Positions 1-13,864 of a DNA stretch of 64,000 bases are shown here, one piece after another; the first letter of the stretch is position 1; each line of letters starts with the position of its first letter. The position numbers and the translations under genes are program-made. Below the pieces are notes generated by a model. It was not told the DNA's origin. It ran no database searches and saw only the letters and a list, made by a program, of their open reading frames with translations. The DNA comes from Raja brachyura. Lineage: Eukaryota. The stretch spans positions 106,516,001 through 106,580,000 of the forward strand of contig OY740785.1 in NCBI GenBank assembly GCA_963514005.1, given 5' to 3'.

Positions 1-321
1 GACTCTGTCCTGTAAATTAATTTACTGACTCATGCATTACTATGCATGCAATGTGTGTTTGGGGGTGGAAGGGGGTAGAGGGATTGGGACCTGGAGGATG
101 GGGAAAAAGCATTTAGCACTAATACTGGGGCTTCAGGCCAACTTTGAAAATAGGAAAACAATATTTTCTAACATCTAACGCGTGGAAAATGTAATCCACC
201 TTTTGACGTTACAATGTTTTTTTCACTATCGATGTAAGCCTGTCTTTGGTACCATTACAAGTTTCATAGTTTTAGAAGACTCTTTAAATGAACATAAGCC
301 ACATTAGTCTGCATGGTTTCA

Positions 322-520
322 GATAGACACAAATTGCTGGAGTAACTCAGCGGGATAGGCAACATCTCCAGAGAGAAGGAATGGGTAATGTTTCAAGTTG
401 AGACCCTTCTTCCGAAACGTCACCCATTCTCTCCAGAGATGCTGCCTGTCCCGCTGAGTTACTCTAGCATTTTGTGTCTATCTTCGATTTAAACCAGCAT
501 CTGCAGTTCCTTCCTACACA
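322..520. repeat. Penelope-derived inverted-tail repeat
   Basis: Inverted arms GCTGGAGTAACTCAGCGGG...CCCGCTGAGTTACTC around ...GAGACCCTTCTTCCGAAACGTCACC; same family as 9662 and 58440. Confidence 0.7.
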
Positions 521-719
521 TTCCTTCAATTTTTTCAATGTGATCTAATGCTTATACAATTCCATCGCTATATGTTTTAATCCATTAATCGGATATATGT
601 TTACTCCACTTTTCTTTTTCCTACTTAATTGATTCACACAACTTTTTATAGTGGATATGAAGCTAGTGAAAGAAATGTAGGTGGAAGGGGGTGAGGGGGA
701 GAGATTCTTACAACTTACT

Positions 720-1475
720 ACAGAGGGTGGAGGGGGCGCTGCGAGCCAGGCAGCCCTGCCAGCAGCATGTTAGTTTTTCAACTTTTTTATTTTTTTAGTG
801 TGTCTTAATGTGTGTTTTTAATGTCTGTGTGTCTTGTGTGGGGGGTGGTGTGGGGCGGTAATGGGGAAACCGTTTCTGTCGCCTCCTCCATGGAGAGGCC
901 ACTTTTTCCATGTCACCTCCCCCGTGGCCTAACATTGGAAGTTGGCCGGGGGTCGCTGGAGGGGAGCGCTCCATTAGAGCGCTCTCCTCCGAGCAGCCTG
1001 AAGCTCCAGTTGGCGCAGTGTCCGGAGCCTCGGATCCCTTGTTGGGGACCTGGGAGAAGAGCTCCGACCGCCGGCCTGTGGCCAACTTCTACCGCGGGCG
1101 CAGCGGGGACTTACCATCCGGAGCGGGGTCCCTAGCCGGGGATCCCTGGAGAGGAGCTCCGAACGCTGGCCTTGCAGTCTGCGGAGCCTCTTGCTGCGGC
1201 AGGGACTTTAAATCTTCGACCGCCGGCCTGCGGCCTACACCAACCTGAAGCCGCGGTCTCCGGTGGGGAGGCACCGATTCAGGACTTATCTGGACTTACC
1301 TTGCTGAACATCTGGACGCTCGCAGCAGTGACTGCAGAGGGTTGTGGTCCCTACCACGGGGGAAAATCGAGGAGGACTGGCCAAATTTTGTGCCTTCCAC
1401 CACAGTGATGAATGTTGTGGTGGATGTTTGTGTTCAATTTTTATTGTACCGCTGCTGGCAAATTTATTTCACTCC
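720..1475 (+). repeat. Unclassified GC-rich non-autonomous retroposon (same family as 43580-43800)
   Basis: Shares TTTGTGCCTTCCACCACAGTGA...GTGGTGGATG with the minus-strand copy at 43580-43800, which ends in a (TTGTA)-type microsatellite tail. Confidence 0.55.
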
Positions 1476-2476
1476 TGCCCTTCCACTCTTCCAGCTTTCT
1501 TTTCCCCACCGCCCAACAAACAGTCGCAAGGGCCCTGACATACAGGTTTGTAGGTTGACTGGTTTCGATAAAAAAAAATGTAAATTGTCCCAAATGTATA
1601 GGGTGCTGTTAGTGTACTGGTCAGTGTGGATTCAGTGGGCCGAGGGACTTGTTTCTGTGCTGTATCTCTAAAGTCTAACAAATGGTAGGTGCCTGGAAAT
1701 TACTGCCAGAGGAAGTAGAGGAATTAAATATGATAGTGATGCTTAAGGCATTTTGACATTCACACAAATAGGAAAGGAATCAAAGGATACAGACCACATG
1801 CAGGTAAATGTGATTAGTTAGACTGGCATCATGGTTAGCACAGTCACGGTGGGCCGAAGGGCCTGTTTGTATGCTGTTTCAACCTATGTTCACTCTGGCA
1901 CACACTATTTGATGCCCACTTTGAGAGCTGTCTTCAGTTCTTTCTCATATGATATTTAGAACCATCAACTATACAAGTCCTCTCCACTGTTTCACCCCCT
2001 GCTAAAAATCAGTTTTAGAATATTAACAGTTAATTGTTATTGCAGAAGCAATAAAAGCTCATACTTTGGGGAACAAAGACAAATAGATTGCATTCCACAC
2101 CATCTGCCGTTCTCCTGTGATTCACTTGAAATACATACTGCAGCAGCTAAATGCCATCTACAGATGGTTCACTATAGTGGTCTCAGTAATCAAATCATTC
2201 CAATAAAGAGCTGACCTATCTAACCTTCAAATGGCAGAACTTGATGTTCAACTATGGTAAAAGGACACTCACTTTATAGAAATGGAATGTACAGTTCAGT
2301 TAAAGTCATAATTAAAATTACCCAACAAGAAAATTAGCTCTTTTTGGGAGAAGTCACGGGTATTAGCATAACATTTTAATACATAAAAACACAAAATGAT
2401 ACAGTTTAAAAAAATAATAGTTTACATTTATTAAATGAGGATTGAAATGAGCCAAAGGCAAACGTAGGAAGACTTA

Positions 2477-2995
2477 AGGGGCTGTCCCACTGCGGCGACC
2501 TTATCTGCGAGTTTAGAAGAGTTTGCACTTGACTCAAACTCGCAGCATGGTCGACACGTGGTCCTAGGAGGTCACGGGAACCCTCCTTCATGCTCGAGGG
2601 AAGTTCTTGCATACTCGCGGCCGCAGAAATTGTTTTCAGCATGTTTAAATATTTACTGCGAGTAAAAATTGGTCGGCATGGTTCTTTTTAACTCGTAGTG
2701 TAGTGGAGTGGGATCGCTATGTTGTTATAGGCAGTGGAGGGCAGCCGCAGGCAATCTCCTTCGCCGCCCGGGCATTTTAATTGGCTCATTGGAGTTTTCA
2801 GGACCAAGGAAAACCGACTGGAAGGTTAAACGCCCGCTAAACTTTATTAAACGTTATCTCCACTCCTTCTCTCCCCCCACCCCCCACCCCGCGCTCTCTA
2901 ATGGACTCAGCATACACTGTGCAGCTGTCTTTCATCTTCCTCTTCACCGCGGATGTGATTTTCAGACAGTGTTCCCTCGCTTTCCCTAGCCCCTT
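2477..2995. mobile_element. Harbinger-like MITE fragment (one terminus recognisable)
   Basis: TAA followed by GGGGCTGTCCCACTGCGGCG, related to the TIR at 32603; CpG-rich; right end not identified. Confidence 0.5.
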
Positions 2996-3479
2996 CCCTT
3001 CCCTTTATCTAACACATTGGCTACTAACATAGTTACATAACACATGCTGCCAAAATAATTACACAATAAAGAATGCCACATTACAAATTTCCCCATCCCT
3101 CCCAATAGCTGCTATTTAATTCCCAGGCAAGTGAAAAAACACCAAGATTCTTAGACTGAAAGCTACAGTAAATTGTACACTAAATTCTCCAGTGCTGATA
3201 AACTGGTGCCTGCAAATTAAGCATACACATGTGGGTAGAAGATTTATCATAAAATTGAATGTAAATTATTCTATTCCACTTATGTTATTTTAATGCCTCA
3301 TAATTATACATACTCTAGTACAGATATATGTCTAATAATTTATTAATTTGAATACCGCAGATGTTTTACAAGTATTTAAGCCTTTCCACGAAGAATACTA
3401 ATACTTTGACTATATGACATAAATGTACAGAATAGATTTGTAACATAGTTTTTTTAGGTATTCTAAAAATAAATACTAG

Positions 3480-4230
3480 TAAACAGGGATCATTTATTCA
3501 ATCATATAGGATATACTTGTAATTGGAAAAAGTTTAGTTTACGAGGAAAAACTCTGCATGGCATTGGCTAGGGCTGGGGAAGATCATGTCTTATCAACCT
3601 GACAGTTTTTTTGAAGTAGTGATGAAGATGACTGATAAGGCGGATAGAGTAGCAGAAGGGTCTATATGGACTTTAGTGTGGTGGCACCTGGTGGCTAGCC
3701 ACGGACATAGCGAACCCTCGGCTCAGGAGGGAGGGGTTGAGCATCTTGGAGTGGGAGGTATAGGGTCCCGGGATCTGGCCCTGGGTATTTAAGGTCGGGT
3801 AACACCCGTGCACGTTGTTGGAGTTGGGAGCAGCATGATAGTAGTAATAAAATACATCTCATTCTCACAACTTTGTGTTTGACTAATTCTTGGCTGGACT
3901 CCTGTGAGTCCCCACTACACAAGTAAGATTTTCAATAAGGTCCCTCAACACAGGCTGATCCCAAAGATTTAAATGCATGGTAACTTGGTAGATTTAATTC
4001 AAAACTGGCTTGGCCACAAAAGACAGGTGGTAGTGGTGATTTCTCTGACTAGAGGTTTGTGACCAATGGCGTTCTACATACCAATACCTCTGTTATCTAT
4101 CATATATATAAATGACATCGACAAAAAAACAGTTGGCTTGATCAGGAAGTTTGTAGACAACACAAACATTGATAGAGTTATGGATAGTAAAGAAGTCTGT
4201 CAATGGATAGAGCACGATGTAGATCTGTTA
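3480..4230 (+). mobile_element. Decayed CR1 RT fragment interrupted by a solo LTR
   Basis: IYINDIDKKTVGLIRKFVDNT corresponds to CR1 YINDLD...FADDT; VYMDF motif before the insertion. Confidence 0.75.
3677..3919 (+). mobile_element. Solo LTR (Gypsy-type)
   Basis: TGTGGTGG...CCACTACA inverted ends, TATTTAA and AATAAA inside; 5' part homologous to the LTR start at 6547. Confidence 0.7.
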
Positions 4231-4231
4231 G

Positions 4232-4612
4232 ACAGTGCATTCAGGAAGTATTCAGACCCCTTCACTTTTTCCATATTTTGTTACGTTACAGCCTTATTTT
4301 AAAATGAATTATTATTTTTTTTAAATCATCAATCTACACACAATGCCCCCAGAATGAAGAAATGAAAACAGGTGTTTAGACATTTTTGCAATTAAAAATA
4401 AATAACTGAAATATCACATTTGCATAAGTATTCAGACCCTTTGCTATGACATTCAAAATTGAGCTTAGTTCATCCTGTTTCCATTGATTATCCTTGAGAT
4501 GTTTCAACAACTTGATTTGGAGTCCCCCAGTGGTAAATTGATTGGACATGATTTGGAAAGGCACACTCCTGTCTATATAAGGTCCCACAGTTGACAGTGC
4601 ATGTTCAAGGAC
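4232..4612 (+). mobile_element. Tc1 (IR/DR type) left-end fragment
   Basis: CAGTGCATTCAGGAAGTATTCAGACCCC terminus with inner repeat AAGTATTCAGACCCT, followed by a typical fish-Tc1-like leader (TATATAAGGTCCCACAGTTGACAGTGCATGT). Confidence 0.75.
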
Positions 4613-4614
4613 AA

Positions 4615-6150
4615 GCTTTTCCAGTAAGTAAAACTCCTATGCATGCCTGGAACCCCTGCACACGTGTGTACTTTATCAAGTCATTAAAGGCACATTACAC
4701 ATATCATAACATCCCCCCCTTTTCCAAAAGAAAAAAAACGTACAGCTGTACAATGTATATATCTGTCCAAGTGAGAAAATAACACTTTTTCTAAAGTCAA
4801 ATTTCCTTTCCTTCTCATTATCTTATTTACACTTGTTTTATCATACTGGCAACACCATACACACAGAACAATTGATAAGAACTGAATCAATGGGTCACAT
4901 AGTCTCCAAAATACTTAAGTGGTCTCGCTGCTCGACCTGAGCGAGTTCTCACTGTTATGTTTATGTCAATGTCCTTGTTTTTTGTCTGTTCGCTCAGTGG
5001 CTGTTTTCTTTTCAGTAGGCGCTGGCTGCTGTTTCAACGCCCGTGTCGCGTTAGTTGAGGTCGGTGTAGCAGATTCGCCCTGGTCTTTGATCGTCTGGCC
5101 ATGCTTCACGTGTTGACGTGCGACTAGCTCGTCTGGTGGATTTTCGCAGGTCTTGCGGAGATGTACGCGATTGCGTCGGTATATGCCAGATGGGCTCTGA
5201 ACCACATATGAACGCTCGTTGGGTGAAACGATGGCTTTCTCCCAACTCTTCTTTCCTTGTACGAGGGTTTGCATTCGCACTGTGTCGCCCTCATGATGTG
5301 TGGAAACCTGACTTATTTTAATTGTCAGCTTGCTGCTGAACACGCTGCTTCATGCGTTCATGTTCGTACACAACTCTGGGTTCAAATAGTCTCGCTGTCG
5401 TCGGCAGAAGTGTACGCATGTGATGATTCATGAGGCGCTGAGTGGAACTTGTGCTCAGCCCTTGCGAAGGCATATTTCGATGATCCAACATCGCTAGGTG
5501 GGGGTCGGTTCGTGATTTGCTACTCTTCGTCACGATTCGCTTTACGTCAGCTGTTTTGACGGCTGATTCTGCCTTCCCGTTCGCTTTGCTACTACCGGGA
5601 CTTCTGCACAGGTGCTCAAAATCCTATTCCCTCGCGAACTGGCGAAATGCGACCGATGTGTACTGTGGCCTGTTATCGCTCACAACTTGTGTCGGGCTGC
5701 CGTATCTCGCGAAATGAGCTTTCGACTTGCGAATCACGAATTGTTATGGTAGTCTACGGTGACGAGATACTCTTTCCCGTCCCATGTGAAGAGATCTGTG
5801 CCGACTTTCTCCCATGGCCTTGTCGGTAGCTCATGACACACGAGTGTCTCTTTTTGCTAGCTCACCTCATAGGTGCGGCACATGTAGCAATATACTGCTC
5901 GATGTTGCTATTTATGCCAGGCAAGAATAGGCATTTGCGTGCTCGTCGCAGGCAGCCTTCGACGCCTAGATCTTTCATGTCTCTTCTGAAGCTTATCGGT
6001 ATGATCCCGCACTCGCCCTTGATGATCAAACCATCTTGGACTGCGAGCTCATCCCTATAGCTGTAATAAGGCGTGAGCTGCACTGGTAGCCTATACCGTT
6101 CACTAGGCCAACCACTGTTGATGACATGTTTCAGCATCTGTATATTGCTA
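4615..6150 (-). mobile_element. Gypsy LTR-retrotransposon 3' part (integrase, PPT, partial LTR)
   Basis: GWPSER...YRDELAVQDGLIIKG, VVSDNRPQY, NGKAESAVK, RSYVVQSPSGIYRRNRVHLR; PPT AAAGGGGGGA then TGTTATG at 4711. Confidence 0.85.
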
Positions 6151-6199
6151 TTAGTTTCTTGTTATTTCTTTGTTGTTGTATTTGCATTGTTGACGACGA

Positions 6200-6750
6200 C
6201 TCCCAGCCATCTCTGGGCGCCATGTTTCTCAGGGCAGGATCCCCTGCTGGTTGACGTGATGGGTCTGTACCTCGTCCATCATGATGGTCTCCTTTCACCC
6301 ATCGGCATAAGGCCGGGATGGCCCACTGCCAGAGCGTCGACTGTGCCCACAGGCCCCCGACCCACAACAGGAACCGCCCTCGACCATGCTTGCGCACCTT
6401 CCGGTAGAAGGTGAGCCCGCTCCATCCCTTTTCAATGTCTGCCCTCACGGTCTGCCTGTGCGTTTACGAGTTGAGGCTGCCGCGTTTTGTCGGCCTGATT
6501 GTTTTCTTGCCTCCGGTTCTGGGGGGGGGGGGGGGGGGGGGTGTCCTGTGGCGGCACCCGGTGGTTAGGCCACTTACTACGCGAACCCTCGGCTGTCGGG
6601 GATAGGGTCACGTGACTGGGCAATGGCGGGAAGGAGTTGTCACGGGGTATAGGGGTGTGTCCTATTATATAATGAACCCCGGGCAGCCTTCCCTCTGTCT
6701 TGCTCTTCCTCTCTCTTCACCCGAGGGTCCTGCCACCTCAGCAGGAGTTG
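6200..6750 (+). mobile_element. Second Gypsy-like 3' end with G-run PPT and partial LTR
   Basis: CTGGGG(G)n...TGTGGCGGCACCCGGTGG at 6547, homologous to the solo LTR at 3677. Confidence 0.5.
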
Positions 6751-7529
6751 AAATGACCAGTTTGAAATTAATACATAGCAAAATAGACAATGAGATCTTA
6801 TAAAACTGTAATATATTAAAGAAATGAATGGGTTTCTTATTTACATTTTATACTTTAAATATTTCCGCTCCATTAAGATTGGCCTGCTTGTGTTGAAAAA
6901 CTGACAAAACAGTCTCTTCATGCAGCCATTACAAACCTGCTTCACAAGTATTTTGCAATGAATCAGTTTATTTTAGGAAAATAAGAAATTATAATTACAT
7001 TTATAAATACTGCCATTACTACAATGCGGGTAAAAAGAGGATTTTATCCAATCCCACTCAAATACTTGTGTTAACATTAAGTTAACACTTCACACAAAAA
7101 AACTGCTTGGAACCAAGCATCAAATAAAACCTTACATCCACGACAGATTGTGATTTACTTCAGAACGTAATGACAAAATAATCCAATGAAGAAGATACCC
7201 AAAGCTTTAAGCTCTGGTGTTGAACTAATGAAAATATATATTTTTAAATCAAAGAGTATTGACTACTTTGAAAAACAAAATCTAAAAAAAACAAAGTAAA
7301 TAAGACTAATTATAAAATCTGGAAGCTTATATTTTCTGCTCCAGCTACTATTTCATCCCTCCACTCCTGGCACCCTATGATTGCAGTGGGTATGATCTTA
7401 CTAAAAAATTGGTAGCAATCCCCAAGGCTTCTTCGACAAACATTACCAAACAGCTGACCTCCAGCACCCAAACGGATAAAGATAGCATACTCAGGAAAAC
7501 GCTAATATCTTCAAATTCCACAAATAACA

Positions 7530-8115
7530 CACAACGCTCCTATCCCAATGTTTAAAATGTGGATCACAAATATGTCGGAAATATTACATCTCGAGAAAAT
7601 GACACTCGTTCTAGCAGGAAAACAAGAACAATTCTTAAGAATATGTTCACCTTTTATTGATTTGTTACAAGTATAATATGGTGCAGCATAACCCAAGTAA
7701 GTTATTGTTTTAGAACTAGGTGATGGATGTGAATCGTTATGAGTTAGGCACATTCCCTTTCTTTTTTGTTTAGCTCTACCTTTTTTGGATTTTTTACTTA
7801 TTTCCTTTCCCTTCTTAAGGCCCTCTTTTCTTTGGGGCCTTGTTTTCTTTTCTTTTTTCTTTCCTTTCTTTTTATTTTTCACATTCTCAAGCACGCAGTC
7901 TACTTAACCATCATCATTCATCGAACGCAAACCACTGCAGACTACACTTCACCACTATTTGCATTCTTCTCTTCTTTCTCTTTTCTTTTTTTCTATTATA
8001 GGTTATAGTGTATAAATGAAAAAGAGAAGTTGTACACAAAAGGTATTATGTTGCATATCATGATTAAGATATGTACAATGCTTCTAATAATAAAAAAATA
8101 AAAATAAAAATAAAA
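7530..8115 (+). mobile_element. L1/Tx1-clade LINE 3' end
   Basis: ORF2 C-terminus-like MFKMWITNMSEILHLEKMTLVLAGKQEQFLRICSPFIDL, T-rich 3' UTR, A-rich tail. Confidence 0.75.
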
Positions 8116-8879
8116 GATTTTTCAATAAAAAAATCTTTTACTCGGGTGATTGATATGGTATACCTCAGAGATGAATATCAGCTGTGGCTTTAGTTGGGGC
8201 AGGGTTGCTATAAGGAGAGTTGAGAAACATCTCCAACAGTTTTCCTGTTAATCAGTTGTGAGGACCAAATGTCATATTTAATCTATGGGCAAAAGCAAGT
8301 CATGTGGGCTCTCCCATGTGCTACTGAACGATTGAATAGAGTGGCCCAGCCTGTTGAATTCAATCTAGACTTCCTGTCAATGGACAGCTGGTTGTATATG
8401 TTGCAGCTGCATCCAATGGTGATTTAAGGGTGTTGTCTTGTCAGCTGGATATTCTGCTTCTTGGCAGTCTTCCTATGTGATTTCTAACAAGTGCAAGTCA
8501 CAGAGGAGCAATATGGAAAAGTCTATAACCAAGTCATAGTTTCATGATTTTCAATTACACTACCCTTCCTTCATCATCAGAAGTTCAAAGACTTGAAATA
8601 CCTTATCTAACACCACTGCGATCATAGATTGCAGAATCTTATCGACACTGCCTTCAGACTACCGAGGCTGAGTAATAACTGGAACTCTGCCAGTAAGCTC
8701 CATGTTCTAGTAACAGTCAACTTGGCCAACAATAAGATGTGCGGTCCTTTAATTGCCATGATATTCTTTTCGTTAGATTTCCTTCACCTTAATTAAGATT
8801 GACAAATCTCAAACAACAATCTATACATATCTAAAATGGAACAAACAGATCAGATGAGGGATGTAAGCGAGATCATCAA

Positions 8880-9530
8880 ATCATAGAAAATAGGTGCAGT
8901 AGTAGGCCATTCGGCCCTTCGAGCCTGCACCGCCATTCAATATGATCATGGCTGATCATCCAAGTCAGTATCCTGCACCTGCCTTCTCTCCATACCCCCT
9001 GATCCCTTTAGCCACAAGGGCCACATCTAGTTCCCTCTTAAATATAGCCAAAGAACTGGCCTCAACTACCTTCTGTGGCAGAGAATTCCACAGACTCACC
9101 ACTTTCTGTGTGAAAAAATATCTTCTCGTCTCGGTCCTAAAAGACTTCCCCCTTATCCATAAACTGTGACCCCTTGTTCTGGAGTTCCCCAACTTCGGGA
9201 ACAATCTTCCTACATCTAGCCTGTCCAACCCCTTACAAATTTTGTAAGCCTCTATAAGATCGCCCCTCAATCTCCTAAATTCCAGCGAGTACAAGCCGAG
9301 TCTATCCAGTGTTTCTTCATATGGAAGTCCTGCCATCCCAGGAATCAGTCTGGTGAACCTTCTCTGTACTCCCTCTATGGCAAGAATGTCTTTCCTCAGA
9401 TTAGGAGACCAAAACTGTACGCAATACTCCAGGTGTGGCCTCACCAAGACCCTGTACAACTGCAGTAGAACCTCCCTGCTCTTGTACTCAAATCCTTTTG
9501 CTATGAATGCCAACATACCATTCCCTTTCT
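8880..9530 (-). mobile_element. CR1 LINE 3' fragment
   Basis: LYRVLVRPHLEYCVQFWSP...FRRLRGDLIE...KGIRGYG plus CR1 3' UTR. Confidence 0.93.
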
Positions 9531-9661
9531 TCATCCGAGATCCGGTAAACAATTTTGCCAAACATGGATCTAATTATCTGATCAATGTTGAGATATTTTT
9601 TTTAAATCACTTACTACTAATTCAAAAACCACTACATTTTACAAAGCAATATTTTCTGAGA

Positions 9662-9850
9662 GTTACACAAAAAGCTGGAGAAACTCAGCGGGTGCAGCAG
9701 CATCTAAGGAGCGAAGGAGATAGGCGACGTTTCGGTCTCGACCCGAAACGTCGCCTATCTCCTTCGCTCCTTAGATGCTGCTGCACCCGCTGAGTTTCTC
9801 CAGCTTTTTGTGTAACCCTCGATTCTCCAGCATCTGCAGTTCCTTCTTTA
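9662..9850. repeat. Penelope-derived near-perfect palindrome
   Basis: ~73-bp perfectly complementary arms at 9662-9734 and 9742-9816 around TCTCGAC. Confidence 0.85.
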
Positions 9851-10389
9851 ACAATATTTTCTGAGACCTAAGGAATCTTGTAAATAATTTCCGTAAAATT
9901 CATAAACACGTAGCGTACATGAAAATACTAGAACAGAAATATATCACAGTTAAACACTCACACTAAGCATGAGGGAATTTACAAAGCAAATAAACTTTAT
10001 GAAAAAAATGCACACCAGCATTAAAAATGGAACATCTTTAACAAGGCTTAAATGCTGCTGCCTGAAAAATAGACTGCTTTGGAGTTTGATATTTGAACAT
10101 TTCAAACTGATTTGGAAAATAATTCTTAAAAGGTGATATCAGAACACTTTCTTCAGTTTCAAAGAGCAAGCAATTCAATTTAAAAATAGGAAATAACTAA
10201 AAAACATTGAGAAACCTTTGTTCATGATTTCAAGAAAAAACATTTGTAAAACAGAAGTAATTTTGACACTGCAATGAACTGTGTGAAAGAGGTAAAAGAG
10301 CTGGACAAAGTGCTTGATGTGAAAATGTAATTAGGATAGCCTGAGATCGGTCAACGTGTGTTGCATGAATTAATGAATGTGTCCCAAGT

Positions 10390-11400
10390 GAATACATAGA
10401 ACAGTACAGCATAGGAACAGGCCCTTTGTCCCGCAATGTATGTGCCACACATATGGCCTAATTAAGCTAAATACCTTTGCCTGCGTGATCCATATCCCGC
10501 CATTCCTTGCATAACCATGTATTCCTATATGTATTCCTATATAAGCCTATTAAACGCCACAATCATATCTGCTTTCACCACCATCCCTGGCAGCCTGCTC
10601 CAGGCACCCACCAAAATAATTGCCCTGCATATCTCCTAGGAACTCTCCCCTTCTGAAGTTAAAGCGAAGTCCTCTTGTCTTTGACATTTCCACCCTGGAA
10701 AATAGGATTTAACGGTCTACCCTACCCACACCTTTCATAATTTTATATACTTCCCGACCTCTCCTTATTGCTAATGTCCACTAATTTGGCGGTCTAATTT
10801 GGGGGAGTCCAGAACCAGGAGCCACAGTTTTAGAATATGGGGAAAGCCATTTAGAATGGAGATGAGGAAACACTTTTTCACACAGAGAGTTGCGAGTCTG
10901 TGGAATTCTCTGCCTGCCTCAGATGGCGGTGGACGCTGGTTCTCTGGATACTTTCAAGAGAGAGCTAGATAGGGCTCTTAAAGATAGCGGAGTCAGGGTA
11001 TATGGGGAAAAGGCAGGAACAGGCACTGATTGGGGATGATCAGCCAGGATCATATTGAATGGTGGTGCTAGCTCAAAGGGCTGAATGGCCTATTCCTGCA
11101 CCTATTGTCTATAATCCAGAGATTGTTCTGGTAAGCCTCATTTGCACCTTCTATAAAGCGTCCACATCCTTCCTATAATTGGACAACCAGCACTTCACAC
11201 AATGCTTCAATTGTGGCATAACCCCAACGTTTTATAAAGTTGGAACATGACTCCCTGACTCTTATACTCAACTCCCTGACTGATGAAAGCAAGATGCCAT
11301 ACACCTTCTTAACCACTCTAACTCCATGTGTTGGCACTTTTACGGAGCTCCTGTTGTCTATGGACTCTGTACATCAATGCTGTTAAGGATCTTGGCATTA
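10390..11400 (-). mobile_element. Old CR1 (minus) with a younger plus-strand CR1 tail nested at ~10800-11110
   Basis: CR1 3' UTR motifs on both strands; nested piece GGGGAGTCCAGAACCAGG...CCTATTGTCTAT. Confidence 0.7.
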
Positions 11401-11904
11401 TCTTAAGTTTTTACATTGTATTTTGCCATTAATGAAACTTAATTCATTTATTTGCCAAAATTGCCAAATGGGTGCAGATTGGAGCACTGTTCCAGGGACC
11501 CAAGTTTAATCCTGACCATCAATCCTGTCTATGTAGAATTTGTTCCTTTGCCCTGTGATTATGTTGATTTCCTCTACTGCTATAGTTTCTTTCATCACAC
11601 CCCAAAAATGTAGATTGGCAGATTAACTGCCCACTATACATTTGCTGGTGTGTAGATGAGTGGTAGCAACTACAGAGGTAATGGGAATAGGAATACTTTA
11701 TTGCCACATGTGACCTGGCACAGTGAAATTCTTTGCTTGCATACACAATGTATACAAATACAAATATATGGAGAATATATGGAGAATAAAAATGCTAAGG
11801 GCAGGATTAGTGTAAAATTACTGTATGATGGTCAGAATTAATTCGGTGAGCTGCAGGGCCCATTTCTGAAATGCATCTCTACAACTCTAAATGTATCAGC
11901 TTAC

Positions 11905-11989
11905 CTTCAGGTGCCTTTGCATCACACATCTTTGTTACCCAGGTTGTATTTGAACCTTCTTGCCTCGAGTTAGATAAATTCTGGTTCAT
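11905..11989 (-). CDS. LMBRD1: LMBRD1 exon (equivalent to exon 14), 85 bp (alternative in-phase acceptor would give 76 bp)
   Basis: MNQNLSNSRQEGSNTTWVTKMCDAKAPE(D), ending in the conserved CDAxAPE motif; tattcAG acceptor, GTaagc donor; upstream boundary less certain. Confidence 0.85.
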
Positions 11990-13031
11990 CTGAATACACA
12001 AATAAAAATATAACCTTTATTGGCTAAGGGTTTACCAAACTTAAGATGGTATTCACAAACTCCTTTCACACCCAATTATTAGGACAATACCCCAAGGCAC
12101 TAATTTGCAGTAAAACGTATGTCGTAGAAAGGGGCAGGAATCTAATTCACTATATCTCTTAGTGTAATACCTCAGACCACCAAGCTAATTTCTTCACCTG
12201 AACAGGTGATTCAACCTAGCCATTTGGTGAAAACTTAGTAGCAGATTTATTGTTGTTTTCCACCATCACATCACCTGAAAAGTTAGAACTATTTACCTCA
12301 GTAATCAACAGCCATGGCACAAGGGTGAGAAAGGAACAAAGTACAATTTACTCATTTCAATCAACTAACAGTTCAGAACACAGCTATCCAGTTATCCATG
12401 GGCTCAATTTAATGCTATTCAACTTGGAGATCTCACTCTGGGAGCGCCATCATCAGAGGTTTGCAGCAGCTCCAGAACATGGCTCGATCCACTTTCCTAA
12501 AACAATTAGGGATGGGCATAAGTGTGTTGCAGCCAATGATACAAGAAAAGCAACGCATTCCAACCCATTGTAATCCATGCAGGCACTTAGCTGGAGTCTT
12601 CCTCTTCTAAAGCTTGATTCGGTCCTCTTCTACAAATGTATTATGTTCAAAGATTCAAGTTTAAAATGTCATTAAAAAATAATTGATTCACATGCCAAAC
12701 CAAATAAAATAAAAATTCTGTAGCAAACTGCAGTTATGTTTAAAGAGTTTGATTACAACTAAAACATTCTAATGTTACTCAAAACCAATGTCAGTTCATT
12801 AATCTAAAAATAATTTGATTAAAATGCTGCCTTGATAAGAAAGTATTATATATAATTGTTTTCAAGCAATGACAGAAAATACCACATGAAGCAGTCTTCG
12901 GAAGATTTAAGTGAGCAATGATGTACTCTTGCTATGCTATCATATTTGTTCAATTTACCACTTGCGAGTGAATAATGATATGGATGATCTGACTTTCGGA
13001 TTGGATAAAGATATGATTAAACAATACTTAC

Positions 13032-13181
13032 GTGCTCTTGATACTTTTGGCTTCCATACATAACATACTGTGGTGCGAGACTGTAGATCATATAACTTGT
13101 GTGGAGAACCATCAGGAGCAAAATCATACAAAGGAAAAGAAGAGCTTGGGGGCGTGTTCTGCCAGGTCTAATCTTGTACAA
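13032..13181 (-). CDS. LMBRD1: LMBRD1 exon (equivalent to exon 13), 150 bp
   Basis: LYKIRPGRTRPQALLFLCMILLLMVLHTSYMIYSLAPQYVMYGSQKYQEH; aaatAG acceptor, GTaagt donor. Confidence 0.96.
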
Positions 13182-13864
13182 CTATTTGAAAGAGGCAAAA
13201 AAAAATGTGAATTAAACCACAGACAATCTACAACACAAGTGCAAAACAAGTAATTAATTCACAATGTGAATCTCATCATAAATTGTCAGGATGGAATCCG
13301 ACCTTGAAGATTTAATTTCTCAAAAAGCAGAGTTTTAGATTTTACAAAAAACTAAGGTCAGCAACATTGCTGCTGCGATAAATATACTTAAATTTTAAGT
13401 GACTTACTGAATCATAAACCTTAACTATTACAATACAATCAAATTGTAAGTAATTCATTTTAAAACATCTATTTGTCCTACTTCAAGTTTTAATTATTCT
13501 AATTCCAGATTTTTCTAAAATATGTATACTTATCACATAGTTGAAACATTGTTAAATTACTAAAGTGAAAGACACCTTCATTTCTGAGCTCAAATAGATC
13601 CAACACCATGAAATCTAAAATTAATAATTTCTACCATTATTATTGCTTCATTGTTTCAAAAATCAGCATTTGACAAAATGCTACAAGTCAGCTACTTGCA
13701 CAAGACCACATATCTCATCCACTGAATTTGGGCGGAATGGGATGGTTTAGATCAATCATTGCTTGCTTTATTATAAAAAAAACTGCTATAATTGATGTTC
13801 TTCTTATCCTTCTCCCCCACACTGACTCTCAGACATGTAACACGCAATCAATAAATGAAATTAC

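Noticed and set aside
795-1408. Cluster of overlapping GC-rich ORFs
   Set aside because: They arise from a GC-rich interspersed repeat, with no recognisable domain or splice structure.
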